Shown here: piece by piece, positions 57,701 to 64,000 of the stretch
Layout of the letters: each line of letters begins with the position of its first letter
How positions within the stretch are numbered: the first letter of the stretch is position 1
From: an uncultured Devosia sp.
GTDB lineage: Bacteria > Pseudomonadota > Alphaproteobacteria > Rhizobiales > Devosiaceae
Assembly (NCBI GenBank): GCA_966212275.1
Contig: CBIHQV010000011.1
Span: 60,010-124,009 of the forward strand
Direction: 5' to 3'
Length of the DNA stretch: 64,000 nucleotides
Program-made: the position numbers and the translations under genes
The notes under the pieces: model-generated
Database searches by the model: none
What the model was told of the DNA's origin: nothing
The model's input: the letters and a program-made list of their open reading frames with translations, nothing else

Positions 57701-58645
57701 GACCCGGGCTCGCTGCGCGTCTCGGGCTACGAGATCATCCCGCTGGCCAAGCTCGGCCGGCCGCGCGTCGACGTCACCCTGCGCATATCGGGCTTCTTCC
57801 GCGACGCCTTTCCGGCCCAGATTGCCCTGTTCGATCGCGCCATCCGCGCCATCGGTGCGCTCGATGAACCGACCGAGGACAATCCTATCGCCGCCACCAT
57901 GCGGACGGACGCGCTCGGCCTGATCGCCGCCGGAGAAAGCGACAGCGCCGCCGGACACCGCATCTTTGGCTCAAAACCCGGCACCTATGGCGCTGGCCTC
58001 AATGCGCTGATCGATTCCGGGACCTGGTCGACAAAGGCCGATCTCGCCAACCGCGCCCTCGATTGGGGCCAATATGCCTATGGCGCCCAGGATGCCGGCA
58101 TTGCCCAGCGCGACCGCTTCGCAGCTCGCCTGAGTGACATCGACGCGGTCATCCACAACCAGGACAATCGCGAGCACGACCTGCTCGACAGCGATAATTA
58201 CTACCAGTTCGAGGGTGGCCTAACCGCTGCCGCCGAAACGCTGACCGGGCGCAAGCCTGCCGCCTATCACAACGACCATTCGCGCCCCGAGCGCCCGCTG
58301 ATCCGCACGCTGGAAGAGGAAATCTCCCACGTCATGCGCTCCCGCGTGGTCAATCCCAAATGGATCGCGGGCATGCAGCGCCACGGCTATCGCGGCGCCT
58401 TCGAGATCATCGCCACGGTCGATTTCATGTTCGCCTTCGCCGCCACCACGGGCGCGGTCAAGACGCACCATTTCGACCTCGCCTTCGAGGCCTTCGTCGA
58501 GGACGACGCCGTGCGCGACTGGCTGAAATCGGCCAACCGCTACGGCTATGACGAGCTCATCGCCAAGTTCAACGAGGCAACCAGGCGCGGCCTGTGGACC
58601 CCTCGCTCCAACTCCGCCTATGCTTTGCTAGCGGGGGACCAATGA
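54767..58645 (+). CDS. cobN: aerobic cobaltochelatase large subunit CobN (carries three in-frame palindromic-repeat insertions)
   Basis: 1292 aa. MHLLSAQAG..., GYDAPES, HGTLEWLPGK, DHLVPP, PSGAPSRG, and the CobN/Mg-chelatase-H-type C-terminal half. Confidence 0.95.
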   Translation: MHLLSAQAGAIQQEGEAIDLNQRPGALVFASSADSELAMLAGAADRAGEAELRLANTLRLSNNLSVDLWLEETVALASLVVLRLIGGAAYFQYGVDELTALCANRRIPLALLPGDANPDPILQSRSTVHPDDWTMLHSLFISGGPDNADTILTALNLLSLPLAERSAATRPGEGALLSDLSPQPFARFGLWHPGTGMTDEAGLRAIQQAGAAHVPILFYRAALEGAGTATIEALIAELEAQGLAPAPLLVSSLKEGPCIRFVQDALAAFPPSAIFNLTGFALGIDGLDDKSNPFSGSDAPVIQLIQSGRSEAQWLADSQGLSSKDMAMFLVMPEVDGRLGGLIVGHKADAIWHNRCQVPLTSYAPDTSGITRAVVLAKNWARLRAAPRADRKVALVLANYPIRDGRLANGVGYDAPESTVRMLRELERAGYTTTPTPHPSPQGGGESDPAQTNATSPAHPSPLRGGTEGGGSAGSAYPTSSEALIALLQSGPTNAEPARGASPARLSLARYADLFATLPVKIRDEVTTRWGHPATDPFVRSDTFHLPALIFGNVAILLQPARGYQLDETASYHDPALVPPHAYLAAYLWLRHEFGAHALIHNGKHGTLEWLPGKATALDAASYSDALWGQLPHLYPFIVNDPGEGTQAKRRAGAVIIDHLVPPLTRAETYGPLKDLEALLDEYYAASGMDRRRLADLKRRILDFTRDSRLDRDIGLPEDETQALIKIDNFLCDLKEAQIRDGLHVFGKSPQGDLERDLIVALARVPRGEGQGEGSLIRALADDLKQGFDPLTAKLGEPWTGPTTSLTPSPRWGGIEGGVGPRTLGDVVEFLESIASDLVDGTRMVDPAWTATSAVLETIDTLIRPRLAASGPAEMAALIDGLDGKFIRPGPSGAPSRGRLDVLPTGRNFYSVDSRAVPTPTAWELGRKSAESLVLRHLQDHGHHLRSVALSVWGTANMRTGGDDIAQAMALIGARPTWDPGSLRVSGYEIIPLAKLGRPRVDVTLRISGFFRDAFPAQIALFDRAIRAIGALDEPTEDNPIAATMRTDALGLIAAGESDSAAGHRIFGSKPGTYGAGLNALIDSGTWSTKADLANRALDWGQYAYGAQDAGIAQRDRFAARLSDIDAVIHNQDNREHDLLDSDNYYQFEGGLTAAAETLTGRKPAAYHNDHSRPERPLIRTLEEEISHVMRSRVVNPKWIAGMQRHGYRGAFEIIATVDFMFAFAATTGAVKTHHFDLAFEAFVEDDAVRDWLKSANRYGYDELIAKFNEATRRGLWTPRSNSAYALLAGDQ
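55239..55290. repeat. family-2 repeat fragment inside cobN (site 1)
   Basis: CTCTCTCCC-TTTGG-CGGAGAGG ... GGGTGAGGGGG, the same modules as 10036-10190. Translated in-frame as LSLPLAERSAATRPGEGA. Confidence 0.6.
56067..56178. repeat. family-2 repeat, full-length copy inside cobN (site 2)
   Basis: CCCCCACCCCCCACCCCTCCCC-TCAA-GGGGGAGGGG ... TCCCTCCCCC-TTGA-GGGGAGGGACCGAGGGTGGGGG, collinear with intergenic copy 50557-50663. Translated as PTPHPSPQGGGESDPAQTNATSPAHPSPLRGGTEGGGS. Confidence 0.85.
57187..57226. repeat. family-2 repeat, half copy inside cobN (site 3)
   Basis: TCCCTCCCC-TCGAT-GGGGAGGGATCGAGGGTGGGGTGGGG; translated as PSPRWGGIEGGVG. Confidence 0.8.
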
Positions 58646-59208
58646 ACAACACCATCGTCTATCTCATCGGGCACTATGGCGTGGGCAAGCTGACTATCGC
58701 CCGGGCCATCTGCGCGGCGACGAGCGCCCGGCTGTTCGACAATCACCTCGCCAACAATGTCGTGTTTTCGCTAATTGGCGTCGACGGCAAAACGCCCTTG
58801 CCCGAGCGCGTCTGGGACATGGTCGGCGTCATTCGCGGCCAGGCCCTGCTGGCTATCGAGGAACTCACCCCGCCCGACACCAGCTTCGTGCTGACCAATT
58901 GCCTGCTCGAGGGCGATCCGGGTGACCGCGCGGCATATGAGCGGGTGCAGGGTGTGGCCGAGCGGCGCGGCAATGTCTTCGTGCCTGTGATCTTGCAAGC
59001 GTCCGACGCCGCCCACGCCGCGCGTGTTCCGTCCGTGGAGCGCGGCGTCAACTTCAAGGAGACCGACGTCGAAAGCGCGCTGCATAAGCGTCAGACGACG
59101 GAGCTTTTGGGCGTCGACCATCCCAATCGCCTCGACCTCGACACCACCGACCTGCCGCCATCGGAAGCGGCTCGCCTCATCATCGCCCACGCGGAGCGCC
59201 TTGCATGA
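58642..59208 (+). CDS. uncharacterised P-loop NTPase/kinase-like protein embedded between cobN and cobO
   Basis: 188 aa. Atypical Walker A IGHYGVGKLT. ATGA overlaps with both the cobN stop and the cobO start. Confidence 0.65.
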   Translation: MNNTIVYLIGHYGVGKLTIARAICAATSARLFDNHLANNVVFSLIGVDGKTPLPERVWDMVGVIRGQALLAIEELTPPDTSFVLTNCLLEGDPGDRAAYERVQGVAERRGNVFVPVILQASDAAHAARVPSVERGVNFKETDVESALHKRQTTELLGVDHPNRLDLDTTDLPPSEAARLIIAHAERLA

Positions 59209-59846
59209 CCGACAAGCCAGTCAAGAAAACCGACCTGATGAGCGAAGCCGAGCGCGACGCCTATCACGCCGAAAAAATGAAGAAGAAGAAGGAAGCCCGG
59301 AACAAGATCCTGGCGACCAAGACGCAGGAGCGGGGCCTGCTGATCGTCCACACCGGCAAGGGCAAGGGCAAGTCGACCGCGGCCTTCGGCATGGTGTTCC
59401 GGGCGCTGGGGCATGGCTTCAAGGTGGGCGTGGTGCAGTTCGTCAAGGGTGTCTGGGAAACCGGCGAGCGCGACGTGCTGCTGAAATTCCCCGATCTGGT
59501 GACTATCAACGCCATGGGCGAGGGCTTTACCTGGGACGTCGCCGATCGCCAGCGCGACCTCGCCGCGGCCCGCAAGGCCTGGGAGCAGGCCAAGGCGCTG
59601 ATCGCCGACCCCAGCTACAAGCTGGTGCTGCTCGACGAACTCAACATCGTGCTGCGCTACGACTATCTGCCGATCGAGGAAGTGGTCGAGTTCCTCCGCA
59701 ACAAGCCGGAAGACAAGCACGTCATCGTCACCGGCCGCAACGCCAAGGACGAGCTTATTGAGATCGCCGATCTCGTCACCGAGATGACCGAAATCAAGCA
59801 CCACTTCCGTGCGGGGGTGAAGGCGCAGAAGGGCATTGAGTTCTAA
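59205..59846 (+). CDS. cobO: cob(I)yrinic acid a,c-diamide adenosyltransferase
   Basis: GLLIVHTGKGKGKSTAAFG, VQF.KG, LLDEL, VTGR.A.....ADLVTEM....H are CobA/CobO/BtuR motifs. Confidence 0.9.
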   Translation: MTDKPVKKTDLMSEAERDAYHAEKMKKKKEARNKILATKTQERGLLIVHTGKGKGKSTAAFGMVFRALGHGFKVGVVQFVKGVWETGERDVLLKFPDLVTINAMGEGFTWDVADRQRDLAAARKAWEQAKALIADPSYKLVLLDELNIVLRYDYLPIEEVVEFLRNKPEDKHVIVTGRNAKDELIEIADLVTEMTEIKHHFRAGVKAQKGIEF

Positions 59847-59870
59847 CACCTCTCCCTTGGGGGAGAGGTG
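59847..59870. repeat. family-2 solo hairpin between convergent genes (terminator-like)
   Basis: CACCTCTCCC-TTG-GGGGAGAGGTG, starting at the first nucleotide after the cobO stop codon. Confidence 0.7.
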
Positions 59871-59879
59871 AAGAGTGCC

Positions 59880-60344
59880 CTAGCAATTTCCCTTGAGGCT
59901 CCGCACCAGCCGCTCCACCACCAGGTCCATCTCCGCGCTATCCGTCACCGAATATTCCGCCCGGAATGCCGCATAGCTGCTGCCGTCGCAGAGCAGTACC
60001 ATGCGCTGGTAGAGAATGCGGAAGCCCTTGATGGCCGACCAGCTTGCCCAGCGCGGCGTGGTCGCCTGATAGGTGATGTTCCAGGCCTCGTCCTCGTCCC
60101 AACTCATGCGCTGGGCGATTTCGGACTCGAAGCCTTCCAGCGCATGTCCGCCCCAGACCAAAAGGTCGATCGGCTTGCCATCAATGGCAAAGGCCTGCCC
60201 GTCGCCATTCTCGCTTTCGCCCTGACCGGAAAAGCCCGGTGGCACATCGATGGAGTAGCCGAACCGGGCATTGTCATACTGCTCCCAGCCCTGCGCGAAA
60301 GCGGGGGTGGCGAACAAAGCGAGGAGAATGAAGATGAGGCGCAT
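59880..60344 (-). CDS. hypothetical secreted protein
   Basis: Signal peptide MRLIFILLALFATPAFAQG; no recognisable domain. Last gene of the CDF-led minus-strand string. Confidence 0.55.
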   Translation of the reverse strand: MRLIFILLALFATPAFAQGWEQYDNARFGYSIDVPPGFSGQGESENGDGQAFAIDGKPIDLLVWGGHALEGFESEIAQRMSWDEDEAWNITYQATTPRWASWSAIKGFRILYQRMVLLCDGSSYAAFRAEYSVTDSAEMDLVVERLVRSLKGNC

Positions 60345-60426
60345 GGCGCCAGTGTGCCGTCCCGACTGCTGCGCCGCAAGGGCGGACCGGCCGAGACGCT
60401 TCGGCCGGTCCCGTGACGCTAGAAAC

Positions 60427-60573
60427 TCAGGTGCCGCGGAACAGCACGCCGGCGGCGAGCACAACGAATGCCACCGTCATGATCCAGAACGCATAGACGC
60501 CAATGATCGCAATGGTCGGCACGAAGTAGCCGACAAGCGCGATAAGGGCCAACACAACGGCGATAATGAACAT
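60427..60573 (-). CDS. hypothetical two-TM microprotein (48 aa)
   Basis: MFIIAVVLALIALVGYFVPTIAIIGVYAFWIMTVAFVVLAAGVLFRGT inside ORF 60427-60678. Start choice is uncertain. Confidence 0.4.
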   Translation of the reverse strand: MFIIAVVLALIALVGYFVPTIAIIGVYAFWIMTVAFVVLAAGVLFRGT

Positions 60574-60685
60574 CAGTTGGGTAGGCGCATTCAGGTTCAA
60601 GCTATCCTCCTCCAAAGTGGACGAGATGAGCCTAGCCCTGATTTCGGAATATGAAAGCGCCGGCGGGGCGATACCCACCGCTCAG

Positions 60686-61663
60686 TTACAGCACCACGAT
60701 GCCCGAATGCTTGGCCTTTTCTTCCGGCTCGACATGGATGGTGATCAGCACGTGTTTCACCGTCTCGCGCAGCTTGGCTTCGATTCGGTCGCAGATGGCA
60801 TGCGCTGCGTCGACACTCATCGCGCCGGGCACCACCAGGTGAAAATCGATGAAGGTCATCTTGCCGGCCTGCCGCGTGCGGATGTCGTGGGCTTCGATAG
60901 CGCCATCGGCATTGGTGGCGATCACCTCGCGGATGACCTTCTGCGTTTCGGGCGCTACCGCCACGTCCATCAAGCCGCCAATACTCTGCCGGATGACACC
61001 CCAGCCCGACCACAGGATATTGAGCGCGACGAGCCCCGCCAGGATCGGGTCGAGCACCGCCCAGCCGGTGAGCAACACCAGCGCCAGGCCCACCAGCACG
61101 CCCAGGGTGGAAATCACATCGGTCAGCAGATGGCGGCCATCGGCTTCCAGCGCCGGCGACCGCACCGCGCGGCCATGCCGGATCAGCACGAAGGCCCAGA
61201 GCACGTTGATGACGGTCGCTACCCCGCTGATGGCCAGCCCCTGCATCGGCGCCTCGGGCAGATGAGGCGCCATGAAGCCGAGCGCCGCCTCGCGCGCGAT
61301 CAGGATCGCGGCGACGATGATCATCACGCCGACGATCACGGCCGAGAAATACTCCGCCTTGTGATAGCCGTAGGGCAGGGCGGCATCGGCCGGCTTCTGC
61401 GCCAGCCGCACCGCGATCAGCGCCACGATGGCCGTCACCACATTGACGATCGATTCCAGCGCATCCGAATAGAGCGCGATCGACCCGGTCACGTACCAGG
61501 CGAGGAACTTGAGCCCGAGCACGATGAGCCCGATGAGCAGGCTGGCGGCAGCGATGGCCAGCGTCCTGTTGGCGGCAATGCTCACGGCGCGTCTTTCGGA
61601 GGAGAAGAGGTGTTCGAGGCCATAGCGCCTAGTTTTGTCGCCAGCAAGCCATTGAATTTGCAA
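60686..61663 (-). CDS. cation diffusion facilitator (CDF) family divalent-metal efflux transporter
   Basis: TGSIALYSDALES (TM2 metal site), H..TDV (TM5), and a C-terminal cytoplasmic domain (IHVEPE). The TTG at 61663 is the longest start; an in-frame GTG at 61585 is plausible. Confidence 0.85.
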   Translation of the reverse strand: MQIQWLAGDKTRRYGLEHLFSSERRAVSIAANRTLAIAAASLLIGLIVLGLKFLAWYVTGSIALYSDALESIVNVVTAIVALIAVRLAQKPADAALPYGYHKAEYFSAVIVGVMIIVAAILIAREAALGFMAPHLPEAPMQGLAISGVATVINVLWAFVLIRHGRAVRSPALEADGRHLLTDVISTLGVLVGLALVLLTGWAVLDPILAGLVALNILWSGWGVIRQSIGGLMDVAVAPETQKVIREVIATNADGAIEAHDIRTRQAGKMTFIDFHLVVPGAMSVDAAHAICDRIEAKLRETVKHVLITIHVEPEEKAKHSGIVVL

Positions 61664-61734
61664 ATCATTTTCAGAAGCATTCCGATCTGCGGGTCATCTC
61701 GGGCAAGCCATTGATTGACCACGCGCTTCCGCCC

Positions 61735-61866
61735 GCCTAGAACGGGAAGGCGCAGAGTTCCCACGACGGAACTGAAACAGATTTCGGTGCGGTCGACCCA
61801 AATCGGGGACCAAGTCCGAGGCTGCAACGGTCTAGGCGAACCTGCCTCTTGTTCGAGAGGCGACAG
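61735..61866 (+). promoter_or_regulatory. structured 5' leader of cobE (possible divergent cobalamin-responsive element)
   Basis: Outer stem GCCTAGA/TCTAGGC encloses three hairpins. It is followed by ACCTGCC (identical to the B12-box 3' core) and a hairpin GCCTCT-TGTTCG-AGAGGC that buries the SD GAGAGG 6 nt before the ATG. It lacks the canonical GCCACTG. Confidence 0.35.
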
Positions 61867-62298
61867 ATGACGACCATCCCTGACCACCCCCAACTCATCA
61901 TTGGTCTCGGCTGCTCAACGGCCGCCAGCACCGACGAAATCGTCGCGCTTATTGCCGCCTGCCTCGCTGAAGCCCACAGCGATGCCCGAGCCATAGCGGC
62001 GCTCGCAACCCACAATCGCAAGCGCGGCAGCACGGCGCTGGCCCAGGCGGCCGCGCACTATGACGTGCCGCTCCGCTTCCTCGATGATGACGAACTGGCG
62101 CATGGCGTTCCGGGCACCTGTGAAGCCGTCGCCGCTGCCGCTGGTCCGCTGCTGCTGGGCAAGCGCAAATCGCGCTATGCCACCTGCGCCATCGCCGTCG
62201 CTGCGCCGGGCTTCGACCCTGCCGCCTTCGGTCAGCCGGACAGGCCCAGCGCCGCGATGGCGTCGTCGATGCTGGCCACCTCATTGGCCGGGCCATAG
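61867..62298 (+). CDS. cobE: cobalamin biosynthesis protein CobE (CbiG C-terminal-domain homolog)
   Basis: LIIGLGCSTAASTDEIVALI, ALATHNRKRGSTALAQAAAHYDVPLRFL. Start set at ATG 61867. Confidence 0.7.
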   Translation: MTTIPDHPQLIIGLGCSTAASTDEIVALIAACLAEAHSDARAIAALATHNRKRGSTALAQAAAHYDVPLRFLDDDELAHGVPGTCEAVAAAAGPLLLGKRKSRYATCAIAVAAPGFDPAAFGQPDRPSAAMASSMLATSLAGP

Positions 62299-62960
62299 AC
62301 CGGTCGCGCGATCATGATGACCTTGACCCCCAGCCGCTGGGCCGCTTCGAGCTTGGCAGCCGTCTGCCCGCCGCCCGAATTCTTGGTGACCAGATGAGTG
62401 ATTTCCTCGCGCTCCATCAGCGCCATCTCGTCGCCGACGCTATAGGGCGGCCGCGTCTGCAGCAGCGCCGCGTGGCGCGGCAGGTCCTCGGCTGGCGCCT
62501 CGATGGTGCGCACCACGAACTGGCAATCGTCGCGCTCGAGGAAGTGCGTCAGGCCCGTATGGCCAGTGGTCAACAGCACATCGGCATTGGGCGGCAGGCT
62601 GGCAGCCGCTTCGGCGGCAGTTTCCACCGTGATCCAATCGGCGCCCAGCTTCTGTTCCCAGGCCGGGCGCATGTAGCGCACCAGCGGAATGCCGGTCTGC
62701 TGCGCCGCGACGACCGCATTGACGGAAATCTGGCCCGCATAGGGATGGGTGGCATCCACCAGCCGCTCGATACCGGCCGCCCGCAGATAGGCCGCAAGCC
62801 CAGGTATGCCGCCAAACTTACCCATGCGCAGCTTGCCCTCGGGCAGGATCGGGTCGCTCGTGCGCCCGGCCAGCGACGTGGTGACGTCATGGCCCATCGC
62901 CACCAGCCGGTTCGCCAGTTCCCGCGCCTCCGCCGTGCCGCCCAGGATCAGAATCTTCAT
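62232..62960 (-). CDS. cobK: precorrin-6A reductase
   Basis: MKILILGGTAEARELANRL, VDATHPYA, LVTKNSGG. Confidence 0.9.
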   Translation of the reverse strand: MKILILGGTAEARELANRLVAMGHDVTTSLAGRTSDPILPEGKLRMGKFGGIPGLAAYLRAAGIERLVDATHPYAGQISVNAVVAAQQTGIPLVRYMRPAWEQKLGADWITVETAAEAAASLPPNADVLLTTGHTGLTHFLERDDCQFVVRTIEAPAEDLPRHAALLQTRPPYSVGDEMALMEREEITHLVTKNSGGGQTAAKLEAAQRLGVKVIMIARPVYGPANEVASIDDAIAALGLSG

Positions 62961-63040
62961 CGTGGCCCAGTGCCTCCCTACGGCCAATGTGCCTATTCCT
63001 CCGCTCTCTCTCAAGCCTGCCGTGAACATGTGGCGATGGA

Positions 63041-63076
63041 CCCCCACCCCCAGCCCCTCCCCTCAAGGGGGAGGAG
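63041..63076. repeat. family-2 repeat, half copy
   Basis: CCCCCACCCCCAGCCCCTCCCC-TCAA-GGGGGAGGAG in the cobK/cobA divergent region. Confidence 0.8.
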
Positions 63077-63099
63077 AGCCGTGCATCGAGTTCCTCCCC

Positions 63100-63936
63100 A
63101 TGTTTGACTGGATCCGCCGTCCCGCCCGCCGTGGCCATTTCGCCGCGCTCGATCACGCAGATTTTCCTACCATCGAGCCCGGCACGGTCTGGCTGGTCGG
63201 CGCCGGGCCTGGCGGCCCCGGTCTTGTCTCGCTGCTGGCCTATCACGCCCTCGGCCAGGCCGATGTCATCGTGCATGACGCGCTGGTCTCGCCCGAGCTC
63301 CTGGCCATGGCGCCGCGCCGTGCCCGCCTGCTCTTTGCCGGCAAGCGCGGCGGCAAGCCGTCGCCCAAGCAGACCGATATCTCGCTCAAGCTCATTGATC
63401 TCGCCCGATCAGGCAAGCGGGTACTCCGCCTCAAGGGCGGCGATCCCTTCATGTTCGGCCGTGGCGGCGAGGAAGCCGGCGCCCTGGCCCGCGCGGGCAT
63501 TGCCTTCCGCATCGTGCCGGGCATTTCCTCGGGCCTAGGCGGGCTCGCCTATGCTGGCATTCCGGTGACGCATCGCGACACGAACCACGCCGTGATCTTC
63601 CTCACCGGCCACGATGAAAGCGGCGCCGTGCCCGGCGGGGTGGATTGGAACGCCGTGGCCAATGCTGCGCCGGTCATCGTCATGTTCATGGCGGTCAAGC
63701 ATCTCGGCTCCATTTCGCAGAAGCTGCTCGCCGCCGGCCGCGACGGCGCCGATCGCGTCGCCATCGTCTCCCATGCCGCCACATCAGATCAGTCGGTCAT
63801 CGAAACGACGCTGGCTGAGGCGCACACCATGACCGACGTGCCCACCCCCGCCATCGTCGTGCTCGGCCCGGTCAGCGCCTATCGCCAGTCGCTCGATTGG
63901 TATGTCGGGGAGGCACGCCGGCATGTCTTTGGCTAA
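63100..63936 (+). CDS. cobA: uroporphyrinogen-III C-methyltransferase (SUMT)
   Basis: VWLVGAGPGGPGLVSL, ADVIVHDALV, RLKGGDPFMFGRGGEE, VPGISS. Start at MFDWIRR (ATG 63100). Confidence 0.9.
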   Translation: MFDWIRRPARRGHFAALDHADFPTIEPGTVWLVGAGPGGPGLVSLLAYHALGQADVIVHDALVSPELLAMAPRRARLLFAGKRGGKPSPKQTDISLKLIDLARSGKRVLRLKGGDPFMFGRGGEEAGALARAGIAFRIVPGISSGLGGLAYAGIPVTHRDTNHAVIFLTGHDESGAVPGGVDWNAVANAAPVIVMFMAVKHLGSISQKLLAAGRDGADRVAIVSHAATSDQSVIETTLAEAHTMTDVPTPAIVVLGPVSAYRQSLDWYVGEARRHVFG

Positions 63937-64000
63937 AGGCCTGGTGATCGCCGCGCCGCGTTCGGGCTCGGGCAAGACCGTCATCACGCTTGGCCTCCTG
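63923..64000 (+). CDS. cobB: cobyrinate a,c-diamide synthase, N-terminal fragment; continues past window end
   Basis: MSLAKGLVIAAPRSGSGKTVITLGLL is the typical CobB/CbiA N-terminus. Overlaps the cobA stop by 14 nt. Confidence 0.75.
   Translation, partial: MSLAKGLVIAAPRSGSGKTVITLGLL

Noticed and set aside
61664-61866. NiCo (czcD-type) or Mn riboswitch on the minus strand controlling the CDF gene.
   Set aside because: The reverse-complement sequence does not show the conserved junction nucleotides I recall for those classes, and the SD-sequestering helix is oriented for the plus-strand cobE gene. This is left as untested rather than called.

Overview
High-GC chromosomal segment that reads as core genome of an alphaproteobacterium. 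The order-level guess (Hyphomicrobiales-like) is inference from gene content: hisS-hisZ-hisG, groES-groEL with CIRCE, zur-znuBC/znuA, aerobic-type cob genes, and a tRNA-His with no encoded G-1. All calls come from reading the supplied ORF translations and the DNA; no database search was run.

Gene order, left to right:
- transaldolase 3' end, mrp/apbC, GH1 beta-glucosidase, GH13 alpha-glucosidase, TctC-type binding protein
- a 4-gene peptide-type ABC importer (minus strand)
- a large PAS/HisKA/HATPase protein whose catalytic motifs are all degenerate
- tRNA-His, a TadG-like vWA protein, an L,D-transpeptidase, a CheY-like receiver, tag
- two tandem DUF1127-like small proteins, then hisS-hisZ-hisG
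- three tandem single-pass microproteins, a GT2 glycosyltransferase, a TauE-family permease
- an EF-hand protein, a Sel1/PG-binding protein, a solitary BrnA-like protein, groESL
- DUF427, an EamA transporter, a sigma-54 activator, a ROK regulator, a degenerate EAL protein
- HAD hydrolase, ribF, ileS, lspA, a lipoprotein, rluB (long basic tail), rsmD
- the zinc locus: zur-znuB-znuC divergent from znuA and an AztD-like propeller
- DUF486, DUF2164
- a cobalamin cluster: B12 riboswitch-cbtB-cbtA-cobW-orf-cobN-orf-cobO, a CDF transporter operon, cobE, cobK, cobA, and the start of cobB

I found no integrase, transposase, CRISPR array, prophage or recognisable defence module.

The most unusual signals:
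1. Two families of GC-rich palindromic (REP/MITE-like) repeats. One of them is inserted in-frame at three places inside cobN.
2. A catalytically dead histidine-kinase-like scaffold protein.
3. Uncharacterised genes translationally coupled inside the cobW-cobN-cobO operon.
4. A structured leader that is not a canonical B12 riboswitch in front of cobE.
5. Tandem microprotein and DUF1127-like gene sets.

Most long ORFs on the strand opposite real genes are GC-driven shadow ORFs and were rejected.
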